From a virus, in IMG/VR virus record IMGVR_UViG_3300029705_000104, positions 1-64,000 of that record: DNA of 64,000 bases, one strand, 5' to 3'. Shown here piece after piece: positions 1 to 8,429 of the stretch. The notes beneath the pieces were generated by a model, which was given only the letters and a program-made list of their open reading frames with translations, was not told where the DNA came from and did not search any database. The position numbers were made by a program, and so were the translations under genes. Every line of letters begins with the position of its first letter. Position 1 is the first letter of the stretch.

Positions 1-45
1 CGCGTCACAACGACAAATGGTTTTGCCATTTTGATTAAACTAAGT

Positions 46-330
46 TTACTCAAGGTTATCCTCCTTTGGTTTATCTGACGATTGGCCCGTTGGTGCATTC
101 ATGGGGGCGATGGCATTTAAGAACTCTAAAAATGAATTCTTAGATTCCTCCCGTTTTTTTAAATTATTTTTTGCAATTTCTTCAAAAGTTTGCTTGATTG
201 AGGCCATAAAAGTGCCCGCCATATGCATGGCTTCTCTTCTGCCTACTTTATGACCCGCAGAATATCCACACATGAAGGCCAAAACCACAAATAAAATTAC
301 AGAAATAAGTTCAATCGTAATTGTATGCAT
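46..330 (-). CDS. hypothetical small membrane protein
   Basis: 94-aa ORF with hydrophobic N-terminal helix (ISVILFVVLAFMCGY). Confidence 0.3.
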   Translation of the reverse strand: MHTITIELISVILFVVLAFMCGYSAGHKVGRREAMHMAGTFMASIKQTFEEIAKNNLKKREESKNSFLEFLNAIAPMNAPTGQSSDKPKEDNLE

Positions 331-343
331 AATTCTTCAGGAA

Positions 344-616
344 TTACTCGTCGGTAATTCCCATAGCCTCCTTCAACCATTTGGTCAACATCTTTTCAAT
401 AAGATTTCCAAATAAATGCTTGACAATAGCATTGTCTCCAAGTTGAAATATAAATTCAAGTTTAATCGGTACACGAACCGGATACGTTGTTGAGCAAATC
501 CAATTTGACACTGATTGCAAATTAAATTTACGTAAGTAGCCTTTACTTATACAAATTTTGATAAACTTGGTTAATGTTCCTGGATCTTCAACAACTACAT
601 AGGCTCCTTTGCTCAA
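344..616 (-). CDS. hypothetical protein
   Basis: 90-aa ORF, minus-strand gene series. Confidence 0.3.
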   Translation of the reverse strand: MSKGAYVVVEDPGTLTKFIKICISKGYLRKFNLQSVSNWICSTTYPVRVPIKLEFIFQLGDNAIVKHLFGNLIEKMLTKWLKEAMGITDE

Positions 617-740
617 GCATATTTGCTCCTTTCAGTTAAAATATCACATTGTTTTAAGAACCCAAATTATGGATAGTTTTGGTCATACTATTCATACTAC
701 ATCCGGCATCGTCACCACCCCTCATTTTTAAAAAAAATAA

Positions 741-835
741 AGAGAACAAATTGCTGCAGGCTTCGAACCTGCGTCTCCCTTATGGGCGCTCTTGTAAATG
801 ATCCTTCGATCTTTTTACCTCCATTAAGCTATTCT
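741..835 (-). ncRNA. tRNA-like element (canonical T-arm GCAGG-TTCGAAG-CCTGC plus acceptor-like 3' end, then a T-run); not foldable as a standard tRNA by eye
   Basis: Minus-strand reading of 741-835 gives ...GGGAGACGCAGGTTCGAAGCCTGCAGCAATTT followed by T8. Lies directly downstream of promoter-like motif 912-937 and terminator-like hairpin 849-866. Confidence 0.25.
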
Positions 836-911
836 GACGGCTAGTTTTAAAAACTGCATTTTGCAGAGCTCAGCAGCCCTCCGTCGGGTTTATACTCCCG
901 CAATTTGTTCT

Positions 912-937
912 CCATTTATGTGCATGTTTTCAGCGCG
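912..937 (-). promoter_or_regulatory. copy of conserved promoter-like motif (minus-strand reading cctcgcgctgaaAACATGcacaTAAATGGag)
   Basis: Matches the consensus CGC-RYRT-AAACATG-N5-TAATGG found 13 times in the window. Confidence 0.4.
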
Positions 938-1060
938 AGGCAGTTTAGTTGCCAAGAAGTACAATTGAAATCCCTCGTATACAAGCAGATAAGACAAGTA
1001 ACACAGCCATGGTCATACAAAATGCAACTATAATCCCAAGGAGCTCTTTAAAAATATCTT

Positions 1061-1360
1061 TCATTTGCTTGTTCCACCCTTACGAGGATTTTCCATAAGC
1101 ACGACATTGCACAAATGCGTGTAATAGGTATTTCCGTCAATAGTAATCTGAACAGAATCACAATTTTCAAAATCCCGCCAGCTATTTACCTTAACATCTT
1201 GCCACTCCCCATTAAGGTAAATATTAGCGTATCTAAAAGTTTGCTTAGTATCTAAACCAATTCCACGGTTACCAATCATACAGGAGCTCAGCAATCCAAG
1301 TGCTAGAATCAAAAATATAATAAGTCCAGCAATTTTATACCCACGGTTAAGCTTTTTCAT
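1061..1360 (-). CDS. putative lipoprotein
   Basis: Signal peptide ending in lipobox LLSSC (MKKLNRGYKIAGLIIFLILALGLLSSC). Confidence 0.45.
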   Translation of the reverse strand: MKKLNRGYKIAGLIIFLILALGLLSSCMIGNRGIGLDTKQTFRYANIYLNGEWQDVKVNSWRDFENCDSVQITIDGNTYYTHLCNVVLMENPRKGGTSK

Positions 1361-1467
1361 GACAATTTTCCTCCCTTTTATGTTATCGACTAAAAGAAGC
1401 TACTAGAAAACAAAAAGTGCAAAAGAGTATAATGAATGCAATTGCAACACCAATGATTTTCAAATTA

Positions 1468-2631
1468 TCATTCTTCCTCTTCATAGGTATCTACCTCTCG
1501 ATATAGATTTCTGATGTTTGACCTCATTGGTCCTTCTGAAATATAAGTAACCCCAAGTCCTTTAAGATCCTGTACTGTCTTAAGCATTTCATCATAGTGT
1601 GTAAGTGCTATCACACGCTTTGCATCAAGATCACCTACTTTTTGGAAATCAGCAATGGTTCTTTCTATAAGGCTAGGCCAATGAAGTTTTCCATATCGTA
1701 AGGAACCTTGCCATTCATTTGTATGATTTGTCAAATCAATTTTGGCACCTACTTCTTCCCTAGAACATTCGTTCGGCAGTATCCCAGCTCCATGACGTGT
1801 CAAATATGGCCGTGTAATATAACACACTTTAATGTTCATATCATTTGTAAGATAAGGTATAACATTTTGTATGCCAGTATTACTCGGAGTGAGATGCGGA
1901 AAATAATCCATATTATTTTGGTCAAGTAGCAGACCTTGTGCGCCTTCAAAGACCACATAATTGAATTGATCAAAAATAGATTCATCCTTAATAACTACAT
2001 GATCTAGGAAAAACCGTACATCTTCACAATATCGAGAGTGAATATTTTGATTAATCATTAAAGCTTTTTCTTCATCAGTTAAGCGGTCACCTAATAATTT
2101 GTCTATTCGTTCATAATCATAATAATCAATATTAGGCATACCGTCAACTGAAGCTACTGATAAGTAGTTTATTGTATTTTCTGGAGTAGCATTTTTATTT
2201 CGTAAAATTGTTTCATAAATGCCCATACCACAGCTACCATGACGTGCATTTCCTCGCCTTGTTTCCAGAAATTGATTAACCATCATATCCTGAGGCATTG
2301 TAAAGATGCATTTGGGATGACAATAAACCATTGGGCATATTTTTAATTGGCTTAATTTTTCATACTCTCTCCTAAATATAATAGGATTTACAATGAAGTC
2401 GCCCGAAAAATAGGTTGCAACATTAGGTAAGAAACTTCCGCTTCCAAAATGCCCAAATATATGACGACGACCATCAGGCGAGACAACCGTATGCCCCGCC
2501 TGAGAGCCACCATTAAATCGAACATTTAGGACGCGCTCATGTTTAGGAGCCATAGAGCAAAAATAATCAGTCATTAGACCCTTACCTTCATCCCCAAAGT
2601 TGGCCCCAATTACAATTTTCACATCCTGCAT
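1468..2631 (-). CDS. adenylosuccinate synthetase homolog (PurA/PurZ family)
   Basis: 387 aa. N-terminal P-loop GANFGDEGKGLMTD (cf. PurA GxxWGDEGKGK), VFEGAQGLLLD (PurA FEGAQGTLLD), TRHGAG and GSCGMGI motifs. Short, archaeal-like length as in phage PurZ. Confidence 0.7.
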   Translation of the reverse strand: MQDVKIVIGANFGDEGKGLMTDYFCSMAPKHERVLNVRFNGGSQAGHTVVSPDGRRHIFGHFGSGSFLPNVATYFSGDFIVNPIIFRREYEKLSQLKICPMVYCHPKCIFTMPQDMMVNQFLETRRGNARHGSCGMGIYETILRNKNATPENTINYLSVASVDGMPNIDYYDYERIDKLLGDRLTDEEKALMINQNIHSRYCEDVRFFLDHVVIKDESIFDQFNYVVFEGAQGLLLDQNNMDYFPHLTPSNTGIQNVIPYLTNDMNIKVCYITRPYLTRHGAGILPNECSREEVGAKIDLTNHTNEWQGSLRYGKLHWPSLIERTIADFQKVGDLDAKRVIALTHYDEMLKTVQDLKGLGVTYISEGPMRSNIRNLYREVDTYEEEE

Positions 2632-2645
2632 AGTTCTTGCCTTTC

Positions 2646-3779
2646 TTAGACACTATAGTGAGATACAGATGACATAAGAGACCTCTTAAATATAATATTT
2701 TCGATAGTAACATTATCTTGATATTCTTTAAGAAACTTCAGCATGTCCTCGTTATCAGAAAATGGATTAATGTGGCGCTTCCAATCAATAGGAAGAATGT
2801 CAGTTTTATTAATCGTAAGGAGACCATTAACAATTTTCACCTTATTTGGATAGAAATATACAACAATTTCACCCGGAATATGGCCTTCGACTTTATAATT
2901 GCGACCTACAAAGTGATCCAGGTTTTTATTAGTAAAATCAATGTACTCATCATGGCATTCATAAACAAGGCCATTGCTTAATTTAACTTGGATATCGAAC
3001 CTAGTAGCCTCTTTAGTAATATTCAGATCGTTCATTGTCTCTTTAAGGCTATGCCCCTGGTTTAAATCGAAGACGATAGCTCTCAGATAGTCATAAGGCA
3101 TATTAATAGCACTGGACAGATTAACTACATCCTGAATAATCTCATGATACTTAGGATCTAATTTATCTTTCAAATATTCCCGCACTTCATCAGGAGCTGG
3201 CGAAGATAGAACAAAATGATAATGAAAGCGCCCAGGTCTATTAAGCATGTATTCACTGATCTGATTAACATCATTGCATGTGCTAATGAACATCTTATGT
3301 CCACCATCAAGTCCATCAAACAGGGATAAAAGTTGTTCCTGTTCTCCGCGTCCGTCTTCGGTCGTAGTAAAGAGTTTTTCGAATTCATCAAATATAACAA
3401 GACAATCCTGCTTAATGGAAGAGATAAAATCCGGAAGACCAGGAGAAGCCATCGTAACCATAAGTACAGGATATCCTTCATGAATGCCTTCTCTAGCCAA
3501 AAGTCTCAGGAAAAGGCTTTTACCAATTCCTTTAGGACCACTTAATAGAACACCAAAATTCCTATTTGCGATCTTATAAGAGTTCATAGCTTTATGTACT
3601 TTAACAATACTATTTCCATAAATTTTTTCTTCAGTAATGGCTAAATCGTCCATTGTTTCTAAGGAATACCCATTCATCTGGCTAAAGCAAATCCTGTATG
3701 TTTTAACCGGAAGATGAGAAAAGGTTTGAACATCTTCTCCATAAATTTTATACATACTTCCAGCTTTGATGATATTCAT
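2646..3779 (-). CDS. AAA+ ATPase
   Basis: Walker A LLSGPKGIGKSLF, Walker B CLVIFDEFE; 377 aa. Confidence 0.6.
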   Translation of the reverse strand: MNIIKAGSMYKIYGEDVQTFSHLPVKTYRICFSQMNGYSLETMDDLAITEEKIYGNSIVKVHKAMNSYKIANRNFGVLLSGPKGIGKSLFLRLLAREGIHEGYPVLMVTMASPGLPDFISSIKQDCLVIFDEFEKLFTTTEDGRGEQEQLLSLFDGLDGGHKMFISTCNDVNQISEYMLNRPGRFHYHFVLSSPAPDEVREYLKDKLDPKYHEIIQDVVNLSSAINMPYDYLRAIVFDLNQGHSLKETMNDLNITKEATRFDIQVKLSNGLVYECHDEYIDFTNKNLDHFVGRNYKVEGHIPGEIVVYFYPNKVKIVNGLLTINKTDILPIDWKRHINPFSDNEDMLKFLKEYQDNVTIENIIFKRSLMSSVSHYSV

Positions 3780-3793
3780 GTTTTTACTCCTTT

Positions 3794-4318
3794 TTATTCA
3801 TTTTCTTCTTTTTTCAGAATATCATAAATATTGTCAATTAAATATTCGACTTGTCTTTTCGTTGTGGGATGCATGACCATTTTCTTTTCATGCTTAACGT
3901 ACCAATCAAATATTTCATTTAAATCGCCTTTGGCCCAGCTAAAGCTCCACCAGTCGCATACCATTTCATAAATGTATTCAATTGGCATCTCTAAGCCTTT
4001 AAGCACGGGACTGTCATCTTCATGAAGTACCCAATGCTGCCAGTGATGCGGATTATTATGAATATGATGGAGCCATGCATAATCAAAAGCTTCTTTAATA
4101 TCAGCTGTTTGCTCTGGTCCATAAAAATATTCATCATATGCATCATATTCTTGGGCAGATCGTTTGCTGTCGTCATGATGAGATATAAGTTCGCGTGTAA
4201 CTTCAATGGCTGATTCATCAACCAGTTCATGATCTACCAACCAATCAAAGCCCTTTTTAACATTTTCAATATGGTTTTGCAAATATATATCATATTGCGC
4301 ACTCATTATTATCACCAC
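3794..4318 (-). CDS. HD-domain phosphohydrolase-like protein
   Basis: 174 aa. H...ISHHDDSK (HD motif followed by K as in LLHDIGK), cluster of His residues (WLHHIHNNPHHWQHW) and downstream Asp (VCDWW). Size like small phage dNTPases. Confidence 0.45.
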   Translation of the reverse strand: MVIIMSAQYDIYLQNHIENVKKGFDWLVDHELVDESAIEVTRELISHHDDSKRSAQEYDAYDEYFYGPEQTADIKEAFDYAWLHHIHNNPHHWQHWVLHEDDSPVLKGLEMPIEYIYEMVCDWWSFSWAKGDLNEIFDWYVKHEKKMVMHPTTKRQVEYLIDNIYDILKKEENE

Positions 4319-4341
4319 TTTCTTTTGAATTATAAATGCGG

Positions 4342-4377
4342 GGTAGGGATTTGAATTTCTGTCACCCTACATGATAG
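4342..4377 (-). promoter_or_regulatory. conserved hairpin element GGTAGGG..CCCTAC-ATGATAG upstream of gene 3794-4318
   Basis: Third copy of the hairpin+CATGAKAG element also found at 26572-26598 and 28005-28029. Confidence 0.35.
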
Positions 4378-4461
4378 GAGCCTCTACGTATCATAGTTCT
4401 CTTCCTCTATATCCTATCTCAAGCCATCTTGCGTCTACCTATTCCGCCACCCGCAAAAATA

Positions 4462-4779
4462 TCATTCGAAGGGAAATTCTGCAGACAAATCGATGTCCTC
4501 AATTTTTGCTACTGCCACAATGATAAGATCTTCTTCGCCTTCCCACCAATCATTTTCCCAAACATAGGAAGGTTCGTCAGAAGATTTTTCGCGATCATCG
4601 ATAAGAAGCTCCGTAATATCCTGATATTTATCCTCTGGTTCATATGCAGCTTTGATCTTCATTTGCACAAGATAACTACCAGTGGGATACGGAATATCTT
4701 TGAAGATAGCGTCCTTTACCGCATCATACGGATTATCGAATTCGCAAGGATCCGGACCGAAATTCATTAATCGTCTCAT
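4462..4779 (-). CDS. acidic hypothetical protein
   Basis: 105-aa ORF rich in D/E. Confidence 0.35.
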   Translation of the reverse strand: MRRLMNFGPDPCEFDNPYDAVKDAIFKDIPYPTGSYLVQMKIKAAYEPEDKYQDITELLIDDREKSSDEPSYVWENDWWEGEEDLIIVAVAKIEDIDLSAEFPFE

Positions 4780-5032
4780 AATATATCACCTCAAATTTTG
4801 AATATAATAGGCTACCATAAATCATTGAAATCACCGCAATGAAACCTTTTAGGATTTTCCCCAGTATTGTAGCCTTGATTTTTTAAACAAGAAGAGAATC
4901 CTAAAACTCCATGAAATCTTATATGAAAATACACACAATATATGCATTTTTGAGATTTGTATTCTCCTAGAAATAAATGACGAATCCATCTTCTTAGTTT
5001 AAAAAGCGGAGGTCTCATTCTATACGGATACT

Positions 5033-6043
5033 TCATTCTTCAGTTCCAACCAAAGATCTCAGATCGATAATATTATTTGCCGAATCTCCAGATGTCACAG
5101 TAGGGAGCTTGCCATTCCACTGATTAACAGTGTTATACTTCACAAGAGCATCACTAAGAGTTTCAGCAATCTTCTTGTTGGCCTCTGCCTGAGCTTCAGC
5201 TTCGACTTTAACAGCATAGGCTTTTGCATCGGCTTCAATTTTCTGGACATCGGCAGCAGCCTGAGCCTGGATCCGATCACGTTCGGCTTTCTGTTGCATT
5301 TCCATTGTCTGTCGTTCCTGATCGGTCTGTGCTTTCTGCTTTTCCTGAGTTGCTACCTGTTTCGCTTCAACTGCAGATTCAAACGCATCTGTAAAATCAA
5401 TATTTTCAATAGCGAAGGAAATAACATTAATTCCTTTTTCAGCAAGTTCCGTTTTCAGCAATTCATAAATCTGATCGGAACAGGCCTGCCGATTTTCAAC
5501 AAGTTTTTCTGCAGTATATCTAGCAATGACAATCTTAACATCTTCCTGAACTCTCGGTCCGACAAGAATTGTAGGATAGTCGACACCAACTTCCCGATAG
5601 AGATTCATTGCTGTTGTTTTATCAATGTTGACATTAATGGAGCCTTGGAGAACTACTTGCTGAATATCTTTAGAGAATGCTTGAAGCTCAAAAGGAGTTC
5701 TCTGTTCACGATTATCCATAGCAATTACATTTTGCCAAGGCATTTTAAAATTAATGCCTGAAGGTAAAGTATCATTTTCGACTTTTCCGAATGTGGTCTT
5801 AATTCCTGTATATCCAGTCGGAACAATCGTAATGACACTTAAAAGAAGGATTAAAACACACAATGCAACCGATATCACACGAATCGGAAGAACCCATTTT
5901 GTATAGGTGCGAACATCATCGTCATCATAGCGCTGAGAACCTTCATCAATTTTCTTTTGCAGTCGTTTTCCCTGACTTGCAAAGTGGGTTGAGACACCAA
6001 TACCAGCACCGAGAATCGCAAGGGCGAAAATAAGTAAAAACAT
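5033..6043 (-). CDS. SPFH/band-7 (stomatin/prohibitin/HflKC-like) membrane protein
   Basis: N-terminal TM helices, then an SPFH-like core and a long EAQ-rich coiled-coil tail (QEKQKAQTDQERQTMEMQQKAERDRIQAQAAAD...). Confidence 0.6.
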   Translation of the reverse strand: MFLLIFALAILGAGIGVSTHFASQGKRLQKKIDEGSQRYDDDDVRTYTKWVLPIRVISVALCVLILLLSVITIVPTGYTGIKTTFGKVENDTLPSGINFKMPWQNVIAMDNREQRTPFELQAFSKDIQQVVLQGSINVNIDKTTAMNLYREVGVDYPTILVGPRVQEDVKIVIARYTAEKLVENRQACSDQIYELLKTELAEKGINVISFAIENIDFTDAFESAVEAKQVATQEKQKAQTDQERQTMEMQQKAERDRIQAQAAADVQKIEADAKAYAVKVEAEAQAEANKKIAETLSDALVKYNTVNQWNGKLPTVTSGDSANNIIDLRSLVGTEE

Positions 6044-6073
6044 ATTGCATTTGCTCCTTTTAATATAATCTTT

Positions 6074-7003
6074 TTAGAATTCAACTAACTCAGAATTGGC
6101 AGTTTTAGTTGTAAGTCCAGCTAGCGCTTCACGAACAACGATACCTGTGCTACCATCCCAAGAAGCAACAATATCATCCAGAGATTTACCAGCCATGGAT
6201 TCCAGAATAGATACTATAATCTGCGGAACTTTTCTATAGTCACTTACAGGAATAGCTCTCTCTCCAAGAATAGCTTTCCAATCGGCAATGACTTGTTCAC
6301 CAGAATTAGGATTCCATCCATGAGCCATATTCCATCCTTCTTTAAGACAAAGATGGAAGACTTCATATTTACGGTTGACCTGACTTAAAACCTCGCTGAT
6401 AGGAAGACTGTCTTTTTCAATATCTTCTCCAAAGATTCGCTTGATCTCGTCCCTTGTCAGAACCTCAGGATAACTATCATCGCCCATGGTAAATATAAAG
6501 CCCTTTTTATTTCTCTTTTCAAACGAGTCAATACTAGTATGATTCGCTGCAAAATACCAAGTAAGAGGATAACTTTCAAAGCCATTTCCTCCGCCGCCTT
6601 CTTCAAAGAATAACTGAGTCAACTGCTCGGCAATTCGGATATCGCTTTCAAACTGAGTGCACTGAAGAGGATACCTATCTCCGCATCTTGCATCACCAAT
6701 GGCATTAAACATAATTTGCGGATCATCAACAGGCTTACGATCCAAAATCTGTAGAACCAGATCACCAAGCTGAGTAGCCACGGCCTGAAGGATATCACTC
6801 ATGCTTCCCGTAACATCCAGACCGATAATAATCGGAGTGGAATTGGGATGGTCATCACTGTCGCGACTTTCTCTCATAACACCTTTTGGATCGAACTCAG
6901 AATCCATTGTAGAAGCAGTATAAATTTCCTCTGTAGACTTATTATTAACATTTTTAGTCGCATAACTTGTCCAATCTTGAACAGTAAAATTACCGGTTCC
7001 CAT
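6074..7003 (-). CDS. von Willebrand factor A (vWA) domain protein
   Basis: MIDAS-like IIIGLDVTGSMSD and overall vWA fold pattern; 309 aa. Confidence 0.55.
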   Translation of the reverse strand: MGTGNFTVQDWTSYATKNVNNKSTEEIYTASTMDSEFDPKGVMRESRDSDDHPNSTPIIIGLDVTGSMSDILQAVATQLGDLVLQILDRKPVDDPQIMFNAIGDARCGDRYPLQCTQFESDIRIAEQLTQLFFEEGGGGNGFESYPLTWYFAANHTSIDSFEKRNKKGFIFTMGDDSYPEVLTRDEIKRIFGEDIEKDSLPISEVLSQVNRKYEVFHLCLKEGWNMAHGWNPNSGEQVIADWKAILGERAIPVSDYRKVPQIIVSILESMAGKSLDDIVASWDGSTGIVVREALAGLTTKTANSELVEF

Positions 7004-7409
7004 TTACAACTTCCTCCTCTTTTCTAGCAGCTGTAGCTTCTTCAAATATTGCAGCCGCAAGCGTAAATCTCTCATGGAATACAACGTTAGTGTAAATTTC
7101 TTTGGCTCCCTCATCTGCCTGATCTTTATTGTCAGTACGCACTACGATCCAATTATCAGGCTCCAGTTTGACATCGGCATCGGAAATATGCATCATCATA
7201 ACAATTCCCGGTTGCCAGCATACGCATGTCTCCAGAGAGGTTTTATCTTTACAAAAAACCTTCTCTTTCTGATACACTGGCTGATTTGCCATTTCTTCAA
7301 AGTTTACCTCGTTCGACTGTCCCATTGTGATGTCCCCTTTCATGTTATAAAATATAAGATTATATATTAAAAATCCAGATAACTGGATTTGTTGCATATA
7401 GCTTGCCAA
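6990..7409 (-). CDS. hypothetical protein
   Basis: 139-aa ORF between vWA and J-domain genes; true start may be an internal Met. Confidence 0.3.
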   Translation of the reverse strand: MASYMQQIQLSGFLIYNLIFYNMKGDITMGQSNEVNFEEMANQPVYQKEKVFCKDKTSLETCVCWQPGIVMMMHISDADVKLEPDNWIVVRTDNKDQADEGAKEIYTNVVFHERFTLAAAIFEEATAARKEEEVVNGNR

Positions 7410-8414
7410 TTATTTTTCAGAATATATCTGGACAGCATCAGCATGAAAGATTTTAAATTGTCTAGTTCCATATGCCTTAGTTAAAGTATCATTCCAATTA
7501 CGATATTCCTTAATAGGATCATCAGAACTCCCAGAATCTGCCCATTTTAAAATATCTATCGGAATGTCTTTAGCTTTTTTACAAAGCATTCGAGCAATCA
7601 ATTTTACGGACTCGATATCCGTTGTCGGGGTTGCTTCTTTTGTAGTCTTTGACACTGATGACATGAGATTATAAATCTCTTTGGTCGTGCCAGTCATTTT
7701 CCCACCAATAGGAACCGCATATTGCCATCCGCCATATAAATGCATACTATGCTGTTCTGGATCAATATATAATGAATCAATAGTTATTCCATTATGTACG
7801 ATATCATGGGTGTATAAGAAACAACATAGATCAATCATACGACTGATCATCCAAGCAATATCTCTTCCATCTAATTGGTTCTCATATGTTTTTAGGAACA
7901 AATCAAATGGATACTCTGATGGTTCCTTAGCCAAGATTATTGCTTCTTGAGATGCTCCATTAGAGACTAATACCCGTTTAATAAATCTTGGCATACGACA
8001 TGAATATATTTTTTTCATTTTGTCGGGATCATTTGCAAGAGAGGGCCGTGATGCAATAAATCTATTACACCAAATAGATTTGTCCGGATCAAATATAAAT
8101 ACTAATTTATTAGATCCAGAGTACCGCATGCCCAATTCAAAATGGCTTTCGTTTTTGTATTCAATAACTTCATTATTGATTTGCAAACAATTCTTCTTTT
8201 TCCATGTACCATTTTGAATAGCTTCTAGAGCGGCACTATATAATTCATTTAGCTTTTGAAATGCAGCTTCAGCATTTGGCAGTTTGCATACATCAGGATG
8301 TATTAATTTTGCATATTCGCGATATTTATTTTTAATTGCTATTTCACTTTTAGAAAAGAAGTCTCCGCAGTAGATAGCTCCCTCGAGCTCTTTAATGGCT
8401 ATAGATGCATCCAT
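7410..8414 (-). CDS. J-domain (DnaJ-like, HPD motif) protein with C-terminal protein-kinase-like domain
   Basis: YREYAKLIHPDVCKLPNAEAAFQKLNELY fits the J-domain helix II-HPD-helix III pattern. C-terminal LYTHDIVHNGITIDSLYIDP resembles the kinase catalytic loop (HRDLKPENILID). Confidence 0.5.
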   Translation of the reverse strand: MDASIAIKELEGAIYCGDFFSKSEIAIKNKYREYAKLIHPDVCKLPNAEAAFQKLNELYSAALEAIQNGTWKKKNCLQINNEVIEYKNESHFELGMRYSGSNKLVFIFDPDKSIWCNRFIASRPSLANDPDKMKKIYSCRMPRFIKRVLVSNGASQEAIILAKEPSEYPFDLFLKTYENQLDGRDIAWMISRMIDLCCFLYTHDIVHNGITIDSLYIDPEQHSMHLYGGWQYAVPIGGKMTGTTKEIYNLMSSVSKTTKEATPTTDIESVKLIARMLCKKAKDIPIDILKWADSGSSDDPIKEYRNWNDTLTKAYGTRQFKIFHADAVQIYSEK

Positions 8415-8429
8415 ATATTATTTCTCCTT

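Noticed and set aside
1708-1929. Plus-strand ORFs from the six-frame track (for example 1708-1929, 2718-2981, 5294-5761, 42268-42639, 47597-47911, 62743-63303)
   Set aside because: All lie entirely inside longer, well-supported minus-strand genes, have low-complexity or repeat-mirroring composition, and lack ribosome-binding sites. They appear to be shadow ORFs of an AT-rich or repeat-rich coding strand.
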